DNA of 64,000 bases from an uncultured delta proteobacterium (GTDB taxonomy: Bacteria; Myxococcota_A; Polyangia; Fen-1088), in assembly GCA_963737265.1 (NCBI GenBank), contig CAVTRY010000023.1, positions 192,001 to 256,000 of the forward strand, written 5' to 3'. Shown one piece after another: positions 10,401-19,915 of the stretch. A model generated the notes under the pieces. It was given only the letters and a program-made list of their open reading frames with translations. It was not told the DNA's origin and did not search any database. Each line of letters opens with the position of its first letter. The first letter of the stretch is position 1. Both the position numbers and the translations under genes were made by a program.

Positions 10401-11044
10401 TGACCTCCACGGGCGCACCCGTGGCAGGCACGATCGCAGCCGGTCGCCTGCCAGGGGCAAACCCCTCGCGCTTCTCGCCCGCCCAATCTGGCCTCATCGT
10501 TCTATTGCTTCTCGTTGGGGTCGCCGATCTGGCAGTGCTGGACGCGATGGTGTTGCCCCGCTACCTCGCCCTCAAGGCGAGTGCTGGTGTCGTCGTGCCC
10601 GCGCGAAACGAAACTGCGCCCGCGCCGATTCCACTCCCGACCGGCTTTCCCGCGCCGCCCGCGCCCCAGGTGGCGGAGATCCCCGCGCCGGCGATCCCGA
10701 CGGCCGAGACTCCCGAGGCTCTTCGGCCGCTGCTGTTCTGGCGAAACGCCTCGCTTCTCACGGAAGACGCCCAAAGCACACTCTCGCGCTTGCGTGACAT
10801 CATGGCCGCGCGGCCCGCATTACTAGTCCGTTTGAGCGGACACACCGACGATCTCGGGCCTGTCCCCGTCAATCGTGTGCTCTCCTGGCGACGGGCGCGC
10901 GCCGCCCAGGCATGGCTGGTCGAGCGCGGCATCGATAAAATGCGTATCGAGGTTCAGGGCTTGGGCGCCACCATGCCCGTGGATGGCGTCGTCGTTCCGT
11001 CGGCTCGTGCGAAAAATCGCCGGGTCGAGATCGAGTTTCGCTAG
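10400..11044 (+). CDS. Membrane-anchored OmpA/MotB-like C-terminal peptidoglycan-binding protein
   Basis: TM helix, Pro-rich linker, GHTDD..G....N..LS..RA and NRRVEI motifs; TAATG overlap with the roadblock gene. Confidence 0.85.
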   Translation: MTSTGAPVAGTIAAGRLPGANPSRFSPAQSGLIVLLLLVGVADLAVLDAMVLPRYLALKASAGVVVPARNETAPAPIPLPTGFPAPPAPQVAEIPAPAIPTAETPEALRPLLFWRNASLLTEDAQSTLSRLRDIMAARPALLVRLSGHTDDLGPVPVNRVLSWRRARAAQAWLVERGIDKMRIEVQGLGATMPVDGVVVPSARAKNRRVEIEFR

Positions 11045-11055
11045 AGGACCTATTC

Positions 11056-12910
11056 ATGTCGCTCCTTCACTTACTGATTCTCCTTAGCGCCGCTGGCGCG
11101 CTGGTGTTTTTTTTCACCGGGTGGCTGGCGCGCGGTGGGCGACGAACCGGTGCGGCCGAGGTCGCGCGCCAGGACCCTGAAACCCAAGCCGCGCGCGAGA
11201 CCGCGCAGGCCGTGGAGAGCGAGCGCAAGCGAGCGCACGAGCAACTGGAAGAGTTGCAGACGACCTTGAAGGAGACCGCGGCTCGTCTGCTTGCCGAACA
11301 ACAGCGATGCGCGACGGCCAGCGAGGCAAAGACAGCGGCCGAGCGTGAACGCGACGACGCGCAAGCAGAGGCGCAGCGCTTGCTTCGCGAGACCAAGACC
11401 CTCGGCGAACGCCTGCGTGCCGCCGAGACCCACAATCGGCAGGCGTTCGAACAAGAGGAGAGCACTGCCGAGGCGTGGGAGCGCCAGTTACAGGAGCAGA
11501 GGGCGGAGCAACTGCGACGGAAGGATATCGTCGATACCGAGTTGAAGAGCGTGCGCCAGGCGCTCGAACGAAGAGAAGGCCGCAAGCGCCCTGCTGGCGC
11601 AACGTGAGCAGACCGTGCAAGGCAGCAAAACCGAGCTTGAGCGCGAGCTTGCGCAAGCCCGGTCGGAACGGCAGCGCCACGAAGGCGACCTCAGAGTCTT
11701 GGCCGAGTCGCTCGGCCGCGCCGAGGAAGACAAGCGGGCAGCGGTGGTCTTGCAAGCCCAAAGCGAAGCGAGTTGGCGGCAGAAGCTGGAAACCACGTTG
11801 GCCAAGAGCGCGATTCAGGTATCCGAGCTTTCCGCCTCGTGGGCAGCAAAGCAAGATGGTCTTCTTGGCGATCTCCAGCGTCTGTCGGAAGAGCTATCGC
11901 GATGCAAAGCAGATTGCGACGAGCTGGCTACGCAAAACCACGAGCTTTCCGCCCAGCATCGCGTGGTCAGCGAGGCGCTGTCGGCGGTGGGCTCCACCGC
12001 GGCCACGGCACAAAACGAGTGGCACGAAGCACAGACGCGCCTGGCGGAGCTGGAGAACTTGCGGCGGGAAAACGCGGCCCTTCGCGAAGAAAAGTCGCAC
12101 GCAGAAGACTCGGCGCGAGAGCTAGCGGTACGCGGAGACGATGCACGCGAGGTGCGCGTCCAGCTCGCGGCCGCGCAAGCCAAGCTGTTCGAGCTGGAGC
12201 GGATTCTGGAAGAGAACCGCAAGCTGCGCGACGAGGCGGCGGATCTTCGCCAGCACGGCGAGGCCGCGTCAGAGCTGGAAAAACTGACTACCGAGCACAA
12301 GCGCCTCCGCCTCGACGCCGAGCTGATGGCCCGCCGACTGCTCGATCTCCAGCAAGACCAGAGCGAATTGGCCGATCTGCGCGCGCGGGCGCAGGACATG
12401 GCGGCGCTGGGCGGGGAAGTGGAATACCTGCGCCGGCGAGAAAAAGACTTGGAAGCTCGGCTTTATGCCAGCGGGCGCCTGACGCGGGACGATCTTCCCG
12501 CCATGACCGGCGTGCAGGCCCTGCACACCGTCGGCACCGACATGGAGGCGAGCTTGCACGCTCTGGTCCGCCCCGACGGCGCGCGGACCGCCGTGCTGGC
12601 CGACGTCCAGGGCTTCCTTATCGCCAGCGCGGGCGAAACCCATCCGCAGGAAGGACTGGCCGCCTTCGCCGCCATCGCCAGCGACATGGTCGCCCGCACG
12701 CGCATGCTGTTGCCGCTGGCCGATGTGTCCTCGGTGCGCATCAGCGATACCAATCAAATCGTTCTGTCATGCCGGCTCTTCGCCACCGGCGGTCAGGGTC
12801 TCGGGGTCGCCACCTTGGGTCCCGGCGAGCCAAGTCGCGAGGATGCGGATCGGGTGGTGAGCGAGCTGACGACGGCGGTCGTAGGCAAGACAGAGCCCAC
12901 CGACGAGTGA
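11056..12910 (+). CDS. TM-anchored long coiled-coil protein with C-terminal roadblock-like domain (apparent +1 frameshift at ~11568)
   Basis: ORFs 11056-11607 and 11615-12910 join (ALDEEKAASALLAQREQTVQGSK) if one A is removed from GCTCGAAC at 11562; C-terminus TAVLADVQGFLIASAG...LAAFAA. Confidence 0.7.
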
Positions 12911-12927
12911 AGCCATCCCGCTTTCGC

Positions 12928-13485
12928 TCACGAATGACCGGGATCGGACTTGCCCAGCAGGATGTCCTCGATGGCCGGATCCACGTACCCTCGGCTGGCC
13001 TCGCGCCCCTGCGCAAGCTGCTCCTGGCTCGCGCCGATGGCTCGCAGCACATGGGCCACCGCTTCGGGAATAGCTTGGCGAACCTCGGCGGTCAGATCGC
13101 GGCCATAGCGATCGAAGCACTGCCCCTCGATACCGACGAAGACGATGGACGGTCGACGTCCGCCGGGGGCCATGCGCTCGGCGACGTCGATGAGCTCCGC
13201 GATGCCCACGGTGTGCGAAATCGCGGCGCCGGCGGCGTAACGGGCGATGGCCGCGCCTTCCATCGCGACGCACGTCCCGGCCGGACGCCCCGTGCTCATG
13301 GCATCGACCAGAATAATTCGTTCCGCCCCTTGCACGACCTCCAGCAGATCGAAACCGAGTTGAGGTGTTAGCTCGACGTGCACGCCCGGCGGCAACGACA
13401 ACGACGCCAGAATTCGTCCCACCCGAATCGCAACGCCGTCGTCGCAAACCAGTTCGTTGCCCAAACAGAAAATTCGCGTGTTCAT
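12928..13485 (-). CDS. Hydrogenase maturation protease (HycI/HybD family)
   Basis: CLGNELVCDDGVA, IILVDA and SH motifs; adjacent to the hydrogenase operon. Confidence 0.9.
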   Translation of the reverse strand: MNTRIFCLGNELVCDDGVAIRVGRILASLSLPPGVHVELTPQLGFDLLEVVQGAERIILVDAMSTGRPAGTCVAMEGAAIARYAAGAAISHTVGIAELIDVAERMAPGGRRPSIVFVGIEGQCFDRYGRDLTAEVRQAIPEAVAHVLRAIGASQEQLAQGREASRGYVDPAIEDILLGKSDPGHS

Positions 13486-13554
13486 GACGTGCCGACGGGG
13501 ACTTGTCCCGTTGCAAATCCTACCACCGGTCGAGCAAAGTCATCGCTATTCTCC

Positions 13555-15030
13555 CTAGTACCAAGCCAACGCGCGGGGTGGCAGCTTATGCGATGGATCG
13601 GCGTTGGTCGTCGTTGTGGCCGAAAGGGTGCCGGCGACAAGATCGAACGCGCGAACGAAGGCCGCGCTGGTTGTCGTTCCGTCCGCGACCACGATGCGCC
13701 CCCTGTCCACATCGGCCAGCACCGCACCCAGGGAAAATCCCTCGGCCGAATCGAACACCTTTACGGGCTGGCCGCCCGTCATCGACAACGACCACAATCG
13801 ATCGGGCGGAGAATTCGACAGATCCCCAAGCGTCACCGCGGCGACGTTGTTTTCGCCGAGCGCCGCCAGCGACGAATTGGAAAAGGGCAAGCTGCCCACT
13901 GTCGCGGCACCAACCAGCGAGACAACCACGGGTGGGGCGACGCTCAAGTCGATAGCCGCGATGGCCGAAGTGGCCGCCTGCTGCGGTCCGTAGGCGCCAT
14001 CGCAAGCAACCAGGAGCTTGCGCTCGGCCGCAAGGTAGCTAAGCGCGCCGCAGTCTTTCGCCCCCGCAATGTCGATAGTCCCCACGACTTGGTCGAGATT
14101 CGGATCCACAACCACAACCCGCCCCACGCCGTAACTACCATAGTCAGCGGCAATTCCGTTGAGCGACACGAAGACCTTGCCCTCGGCCAAAAGCGCACGA
14201 TCGGCACGGGGCAAGATATTGGCACCAGCGGGCGCGTAGGGTTTCAAATCGATCCGCCCCAGAATCTTGAGCTGGCTTGGATCGACGATGAGGAGATCGT
14301 CGCCTTCGTCGAAATCGCCGGGTGCTGGCGTGGGCTTCGCGTTCTCTTCGAAGCGCGAAACGTATGCCTTGCTTGCCGACAGCGTCACCACGTCGTGGGG
14401 ATTCGAGGCGAAGCCGGTTCCGACGGCAAGCTGGCGGAGAGGCGCGCACGTCGCCGGGTCGAGCCAGGTCAACGCGGCGTTCTGCCGATCGATAATCACG
14501 ACCTCGCCACCAATTGTCGGCTGTGAAGGCAGCACCACGTCGCCTGTCAGGGTCATGGTGAACCCCTGCGGCCCGGAACCCGAATTGAAGCAACCGTCTT
14601 TGAGCAGGTTGCCGTCGCGATCGAGAAAGGAGATGGACGAGGATTGATAGTCGCTGTTCACGACCACGATTCCGTTCGGCGCGGTAATCGGGTTTGCCCC
14701 TGCCTCGGCCGGCGAGGCATCGACAGCGGCTGTGCTTGGCCCTGCCTCGGCCGGCGAGGCATCGACGGCACTGCTTGGCTGTGCTTCGGCCGCCGCGGCA
14801 TCGACAGCGGCAGTGCTTGGCCCTGCTTCGGCCGCCGTGGCATCGACGGCGGCAGTGCTTGGCCCTGCTTCGGCCGCCGTGGCGTCGACAGCGGCACCGC
14901 CGTCGATATTAGCGCCAGCGTTGGCGTCGACTGGAGGAGGACTGCCGGTGTTGCTGCCACACGCGCCAAAGGTGGATGCAACTACCAACGCCAAGAAGAA
15001 ACGACCCACAATTTCGAAACGACGATTCAT
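13555..15030 (-). CDS. Lipoprotein, probable beta-propeller (BtuG-like partner of the TonB receptor)
   Basis: Lipobox FGAC; Ala-rich repeat linker; NPHDV..LS..KAYVSR propeller-like motifs; coupled to the TonB receptor gene. Confidence 0.7.
   Translation of the reverse strand: MNRRFEIVGRFFLALVVASTFGACGSNTGSPPPVDANAGANIDGGAAVDATAAEAGPSTAAVDATAAEAGPSTAAVDAAAAEAQPSSAVDASPAEAGPSTAAVDASPAEAGANPITAPNGIVVVNSDYQSSSISFLDRDGNLLKDGCFNSGSGPQGFTMTLTGDVVLPSQPTIGGEVVIIDRQNAALTWLDPATCAPLRQLAVGTGFASNPHDVVTLSASKAYVSRFEENAKPTPAPGDFDEGDDLLIVDPSQLKILGRIDLKPYAPAGANILPRADRALLAEGKVFVSLNGIAADYGSYGVGRVVVVDPNLDQVVGTIDIAGAKDCGALSYLAAERKLLVACDGAYGPQQAATSAIAAIDLSVAPPVVVSLVGAATVGSLPFSNSSLAALGENNVAAVTLGDLSNSPPDRLWSLSMTGGQPVKVFDSAEGFSLGAVLADVDRGRIVVADGTTTSAAFVRAFDLVAGTLSATTTTNADPSHKLPPRALAWY
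14699..14893 (-). repeat. Coding tandem repeat, ~42 bp (AVDATAAEAGPSTA) x ~4.5
   Basis: Visible in the translation and the DNA of the lipoprotein linker. Confidence 0.85.
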
Positions 15031-15032
15031 GT

Positions 15033-17120
15033 CTACTGTTCCTTTGTCTTGTTGTTTGCGGATGACCACGCAAGGGTCAGGTAAAACTCACGCCCGGGGA
15101 GCGGGTAATTGGCCAAATCGTAAACTGGAGAATTGGCGAGGTTTTGTGCACTGAACCGCATGGAGAGATTGGCGGGCAGGCCGGCGTAGACGCCGGCGCC
15201 AAAGAGCAGGCGCGGCGCGACTCGGTTCAGGTTGGTCGGATCGGTATAGTTGCCGCCGGTTGCATCCATGTCCACATACAGCCCGACTTGCGTGCGTGAT
15301 CTGAATTGGATTGCGCGCCATTCTGGCCGCGCGTAGAGACGGTACCGGGGACGCAACGGCAACTGGCGGCCGTTGGCCGCGACGACCGAGGACGTATCGC
15401 GGGCATCGGTATAGGTGCCAGCCGCGGCAATTCGCGCGTGGCTGCCGAATTCAAGCGACGCATTGCTCTCGACCCCGAGAATACGCGCGCTTCCGACGTT
15501 GTAGGCCCTGGCGCGCCCAACGCCGACCTTGTACTGAATCAGCTGGTTGGCCAGGCTAGCGAACAGAGCGGTAGACCAGGAAACGGCGATTGGTCCGCGC
15601 TTCCAGCACACAACCGGTCCGACGTCACCATTGAGCCCCGATTCCGGCACCAGTCCCGGGTTGCCCTGCAAGTAGCCAGTGTTGCCATAGAGCTCAATGG
15701 TGGACGGCAAACGCGCATAACGCCCTCCGTTCGCGCGCACAGCAATCCAGGATCCCATGTCCTTGACCAGCGACAAACGCGGGATGGGCAGAACGTGCGT
15801 GACCTCGCCCGAGGTAGGCTGGAATTGGCCAAGCAAGGAACGGCCCGAGGTGTCTTCGCGCGCGGCCTCGATGCGAAAGGAGGCGATGACGTCCAAGGTG
15901 ATGGGCTGGAGCCAGAAGTCGCTTTCAATTCCGGAGGCGCCAAAGACCCGTGTGGCCGGCGCGCCGTCGAGGCCGGTACCGACAGAGTCCGAAGGACGAA
16001 AACGGTCGAGACGTGCATCGAATACGCCGGACAAGCTCAGCCAAGGTCGAGCAAGTCGCCGCCAAGCGAGAGTGGCGCCCGCCGCGCGTGTTCGGTCGTA
16101 GGCATTGGTGGGGCTGGCATTGATCTGGTGGGCAAGATCTTCAAAGTGCGAAAGATCGTAGTCGCCGTAGGCCGTCGCGCGCAGGCGTCCCAGCAAGCCA
16201 CTGTCCCGGTTCGATTCAAAGGCCAGGATTCCCGTTGCACGCAGGGTGCCGAGACGCGCCGTCGGGTCTGCGATGCTTCCGATGCCGGGTAGCCCTTGGT
16301 CGCGGTCGAAAAAGATGAGCGAGGCCGTCAGGCGTCGGTCGCCCGGCAGATCCAACACAGCCTTCGCGGTGCCGTCAGCTTGATGAAGGTCATTGTTGCG
16401 TCGCTTGACCGTTCGGTCCTCGGTCACGTTCAGGGTCGTGCCCTGGGTATCGACGTAGGGAAAGTCGCCGTCGCTGGTGAGTAGATGGACGCCGCCGTAG
16501 ACGTGCCACCGTCCCGAATTCCACGAAGCGCGCCCGCCGCCGTAGTAGGTGCCAAACGAACCGCCGCCGGTCTCCAGCTCAACGCGGTTGTGCCTGGGCG
16601 CTGCCGTGGTGATGGAAACCACGCCGCCGATGGCCGAGGCGCCGAATCCGATGGGGCTCATACCACGGTAGATTTCGATGCGTTCCACGTCGCCGAGCGG
16701 AATGGCACCGAGATCCACGCCACCTCCCGTGGCCGTGTTGAAGGGAACGCCGTCCACGTAGACCAACACTTGATTGGCCGTCGAGCCGCGCAAAGACACG
16801 GTCGCGGTTGATCCCATGCCGCCCAAGCGGGTAACGGCCGTCCCCACTTGCTCCGACAAAAGCTGCGACACCGATTCCGCCGCACGCGGCGTGCGATCCT
16901 GCGTGATGACCGAGGCCGAGGCGGCGCGATCTTCGCGCGGCGCCTCGCCCGACGTGGGAGCCGCCACCACCACGGTCTCGTAAACCGATGGCTGGGCGAA
17001 CGCGGTTCGCGCATAGAACCCGGCCGCGCCGCAACCCTGCAGCGCAATCAGCGTCGTGAAATGATGGATGAACCGTCCACGGGCGTACCGCGCGCCCGTG
17101 CCAGGTCGATGGAACCGCAC
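15033..17120 (-). CDS. TonB-dependent receptor, BtuB-like
   Basis: TonB box (ETVVV), plug (SLRGS..NQVLVYVDGVP, VERIEIYRG), C-terminal NL.N...YPLPGREFYLTL; downstream of a B12 riboswitch. The GTG 17120 start is inferred. Confidence 0.85.
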   Translation of the reverse strand: MRFHRPGTGARYARGRFIHHFTTLIALQGCGAAGFYARTAFAQPSVYETVVVAAPTSGEAPREDRAASASVITQDRTPRAAESVSQLLSEQVGTAVTRLGGMGSTATVSLRGSTANQVLVYVDGVPFNTATGGGVDLGAIPLGDVERIEIYRGMSPIGFGASAIGGVVSITTAAPRHNRVELETGGGSFGTYYGGGRASWNSGRWHVYGGVHLLTSDGDFPYVDTQGTTLNVTEDRTVKRRNNDLHQADGTAKAVLDLPGDRRLTASLIFFDRDQGLPGIGSIADPTARLGTLRATGILAFESNRDSGLLGRLRATAYGDYDLSHFEDLAHQINASPTNAYDRTRAAGATLAWRRLARPWLSLSGVFDARLDRFRPSDSVGTGLDGAPATRVFGASGIESDFWLQPITLDVIASFRIEAAREDTSGRSLLGQFQPTSGEVTHVLPIPRLSLVKDMGSWIAVRANGGRYARLPSTIELYGNTGYLQGNPGLVPESGLNGDVGPVVCWKRGPIAVSWSTALFASLANQLIQYKVGVGRARAYNVGSARILGVESNASLEFGSHARIAAAGTYTDARDTSSVVAANGRQLPLRPRYRLYARPEWRAIQFRSRTQVGLYVDMDATGGNYTDPTNLNRVAPRLLFGAGVYAGLPANLSMRFSAQNLANSPVYDLANYPLPGREFYLTLAWSSANNKTKEQ

Positions 17121-17204
17121 AAAAGACCCTTCTGCCCGCGCGGGAAGAAGGGTTCGGCTAACACCGGACGGCCTTCTCCGCGGAAGGACATTGGAAGTAC
17201 GTGG

Positions 17205-17387
17205 ATCGCGAGTGGATATCCTGGCTCGGAAGCAGCACGACAGGGTCGTGTGGCGTCGATTCTCGCCTTCCCAGGGCATGCACCCCAGTGGCGTCACGAG
17301 AATCTTCTTCTCCCTTACAGTGGCGGGACCGCGCCGGATTCGCACCGGCTTCCCCATTCAGAGGCGTGGCTACCTCTGACTCGCGAT
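17205..17387 (-). ncRNA. Cobalamin (AdoCbl) riboswitch
   Basis: The minus strand reads GGGAAGCCGGTGCGAATCCGGCGCGGTCCCGCCACTGTAA...GCCACTGGG...GGGAAGGC...GAGCCAGGA, closed by TCGCGAGT/ACTCGCGA pairing, 5' of a TonB receptor. Confidence 0.92.
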
Positions 17388-17563
17388 GGCTATTCAGTTT
17401 TCAGAACTGGGCGCACCCTAGTGATCCGGCGCGCGGCTGTCAAGCGCGTGTGCCTTTCTCGACGGAGGTGCGTCAGCCAAAGTTCTTCCCCTTGGGCTGA
17501 AACCTTTGCGGCATACCGGCAATCCAAGAGCAGCGCCGCTGTACTGCCGTGGCGTCTTCCAGC

Positions 17564-18223
17564 ATGAACACGACGATTCATTCCGATCGCCAGCGCTTAG
17601 AGACCATTCGGCGTTTGGGCTCGTCCACCTTCAATTACTGGTTCGGCTATGTCGCCAACCTCACCCTCGTCGCTTGGCTGGTCAGCCACGCCTGGCACGA
17701 TGGCGAGCTGAGCCTGGCTGGCGCGGAGTTTGGCGCGCTCGCCCTCGTCGGCCTCCTGTCGTGGACCTTGGCCGAGTATCTTCTGCACCGCTACGTCTAC
17801 CATGCGTGGTCGTCCTTCCTGAGTGTCGGCCACGCCTTGCACCATCGAAACCCGAACGACCTCATCGGTGTGCCTTGGTACCTGACCACGATCATCGTCG
17901 TTGCGGTTTTCGCGCTGCTGTCCATTCCATTTCGCGCGTCCATTGTTGGCGTGGTCATGGGCTTCAATTGGCTGGGATACATCTTCTATTGCATCTGTCA
18001 CCATGGCAGTCACCACTGGAACACCAAGCGTGGCTGGCTGAACAAAATGAAACGCCACCATTTGGCCCATCATGGACACCCGGAATACAATTGGGGGTTC
18101 ACGACACCCTGGTGGGATCTCGTCTTTCGCACGTATTACCGCCGCCGCAAGAACGCAGCGACCGAGCCCGGTGCGCTTCAGACCACCAGTCAGCCCGACC
18201 ATTTCCGAGACGCACGCGTATGA
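17564..18223 (+). CDS. Fatty acid hydroxylase / sterol desaturase family membrane protein
   Basis: His boxes EYLLHRYVYH, HALHH, HHGSHH, HHLAHH; NWGFTTPWWDLVFRT. Confidence 0.88.
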   Translation: MNTTIHSDRQRLETIRRLGSSTFNYWFGYVANLTLVAWLVSHAWHDGELSLAGAEFGALALVGLLSWTLAEYLLHRYVYHAWSSFLSVGHALHHRNPNDLIGVPWYLTTIIVVAVFALLSIPFRASIVGVVMGFNWLGYIFYCICHHGSHHWNTKRGWLNKMKRHHLAHHGHPEYNWGFTTPWWDLVFRTYYRRRKNAATEPGALQTTSQPDHFRDARV

Positions 18224-18693
18224 CGGCGCTGGCCAGGCGGAAATGCGGGGTGATCGTCAGATCGGGCGTTGGCCAGCGGGACCGGAAGACTAGGCGGCGA
18301 AGGTCTCGCCTTCCCCTGGTTCTTGAATGGGTTCGGCACCACGCGGGATCCATGGCGGCGACCGCGGTCGACTTCGTCATCATGATCGGATGCGTGGAGC
18401 TTTTCCATTTCAGTCCCGTCGAAGGCACGACAGTCGGCGCCCTGTGCGGCGGCTTCGCGAGCTTCTTGCTCGGACGCCACTGGGTCTTCCATCGCGCGGA
18501 TGAAGGAACGGCCGGGCAGCTCTTGCGCTACGCGATGGTCGCGGGCGCCAGTCTCGGCCTCAACGACCTGGGAGAATTCCTGCTGGTTCGCGCGGGCCTT
18601 GGCTACGTGGTGGCCCGTGTGATCGTCGCGGCGACGGTCAGCAATTTGTGGAACTATCCGCTGCACAAATTCTTCGTCTTCAGAGGCCGTTGA
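18220..18693 (+). CDS. GtrA family membrane protein
   Basis: ATAVDF, RHWVF and WNYPLHKFFVF motifs; ATGA overlap; the start is uncertain. Confidence 0.8.
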   Translation: MTALARRKCGVIVRSGVGQRDRKTRRRRSRLPLVLEWVRHHAGSMAATAVDFVIMIGCVELFHFSPVEGTTVGALCGGFASFLLGRHWVFHRADEGTAGQLLRYAMVAGASLGLNDLGEFLLVRAGLGYVVARVIVAATVSNLWNYPLHKFFVFRGR

Positions 18694-18696
18694 AGC

Positions 18697-18870
18697 CTTC
18701 GCATAGATCCAACAAAATCAAACGGGCTGCGTTCGGTCTCGCAGATAATGGTCGACAAGGTCACTGCCGTCCGGCGTGACAAGATCGGGAAGGCCGTCGG
18801 TCGTCTGGATGACGGAACCATGGTGCGAGTCAACCGGGCCATAGCTCTGTGGTTTGGCCTTGTAGCGTAG
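18697..18870 (+). pseudogene. C-terminal fragment of a PemK/MazF toxin
   Basis: LRIDPTKSNGLRSVSQIMVDKVTAVRRDKIGKAVGRLDDGTMVRVNRAIALWFGL*; the N-terminus is absent. Confidence 0.8.
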
Positions 18871-19004
18871 TGCTAGATAGCCAATAGGCCATTGAGCTGG
18901 CCGCAGGAATAGCGGTACGCCCGGTTGCCGCTCTCGCTTGCGCGGGTTAGGAACACGCCGCATGCCTGTTCGCACCAAGCGCTGGAACGATCCCGCGGAA
19001 GCAG

Positions 19005-19205
19005 ACGACGGGCGAGCAGCACCACCAGCTCCGCGCCACTCGTCGCCCTGTGGATCTCTGTCGTCGGGCTGTACAGAATTTCGCTGAGCAAATCTAGGGT
19101 ATCCACATCGTCGTCGGCGATGACGATGCGCGCTGTCACCCATTCGCTCGGTTGCACTTGCCGTTGGGCCAGACGACCAAGCTCAGAAGCCGTTGACTGG
19201 TTCAT
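19005..19205 (-). pseudogene. N-terminal fragment of a response regulator
   Basis: RIVIADDDVDTLDLLSEIL...ATSGAEL, then an abrupt loss of similarity. Confidence 0.6.
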
Positions 19206-19612
19206 CAGAAACCTACCTTTCGATTCGCTGCAATCATCACGCTGCTCACGCTGCACAGCTCTGCATGGGGAATGCCAGAATAACGACGATGTCGCCCCGC
19301 CCGGCACAAGCAGATTTTTCGGCAATCCCGCTGGTCTGTTTCCGCCGGAATGTCGAGAGCGCATTGTCAATTCGCCCACGACATGCGGACCATGCCGGTC
19401 ATCTTTGCGAATAGCGCAGCCGATCTCTGGCGCGCACAGCGACTCCTTGTCGCGCGGCGCGGATTGGCTGCGACAAAACGACCCGGCAATAGCGTCGGTC
19501 CGTGCCCGCGAGAGGCGTGCCACAGGGCAGAATTCGACTCTGACGGACGTCACCGACCCGCGCGACACGACTTTCGGAGCAACATTTTGCTTCGCTTGCC
19601 GATAACCTTTCC

Positions 19613-19822
19613 ATGGCTATTCATCGAGCAGCAATCAAGACGAGCTTTTCCATGCACTCGGAGCCGGGTACGTGGTTTGGCAAATTCTTGACTCGGATCG
19701 GTTCAAGCGTCGTGAAAGACGTCCCGGCAAGCCTCGAAGCGTGCGAGTCATGCCGCGAAGAGACGTGCACGCAACAACGCTGGCTGAGCTGTGCCAAACG
19801 CCTCGCCGCCGAAGCGCAGTAA
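19613..19822 (+). CDS. Small Cys-rich hypothetical protein
   Basis: ACESCREETCTQQRWLSC pattern; coding status is not certain. Confidence 0.4.
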   Translation: MAIHRAAIKTSFSMHSEPGTWFGKFLTRIGSSVVKDVPASLEACESCREETCTQQRWLSCAKRLAAEAQ

Positions 19823-19915
19823 GCAACGAGCCGATGTTGCCCGTCGACGCACTGGAGCGAACGAGAGCATCGCCATCACGCGCCGCCACTTCGACGCAGC
19901 CCTCGGGCTTACGGC

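Noticed and set aside
15033-17357. TonB receptor starting at 17357
   Set aside because: The extra N-terminal sequence is translation of the cobalamin riboswitch.
18871-18960. Integron attC site after the mazF fragment
   Set aside because: A GTTAGG end is present but there is no matching RYYYAAC box or convincing stem, and no integrase in the window.
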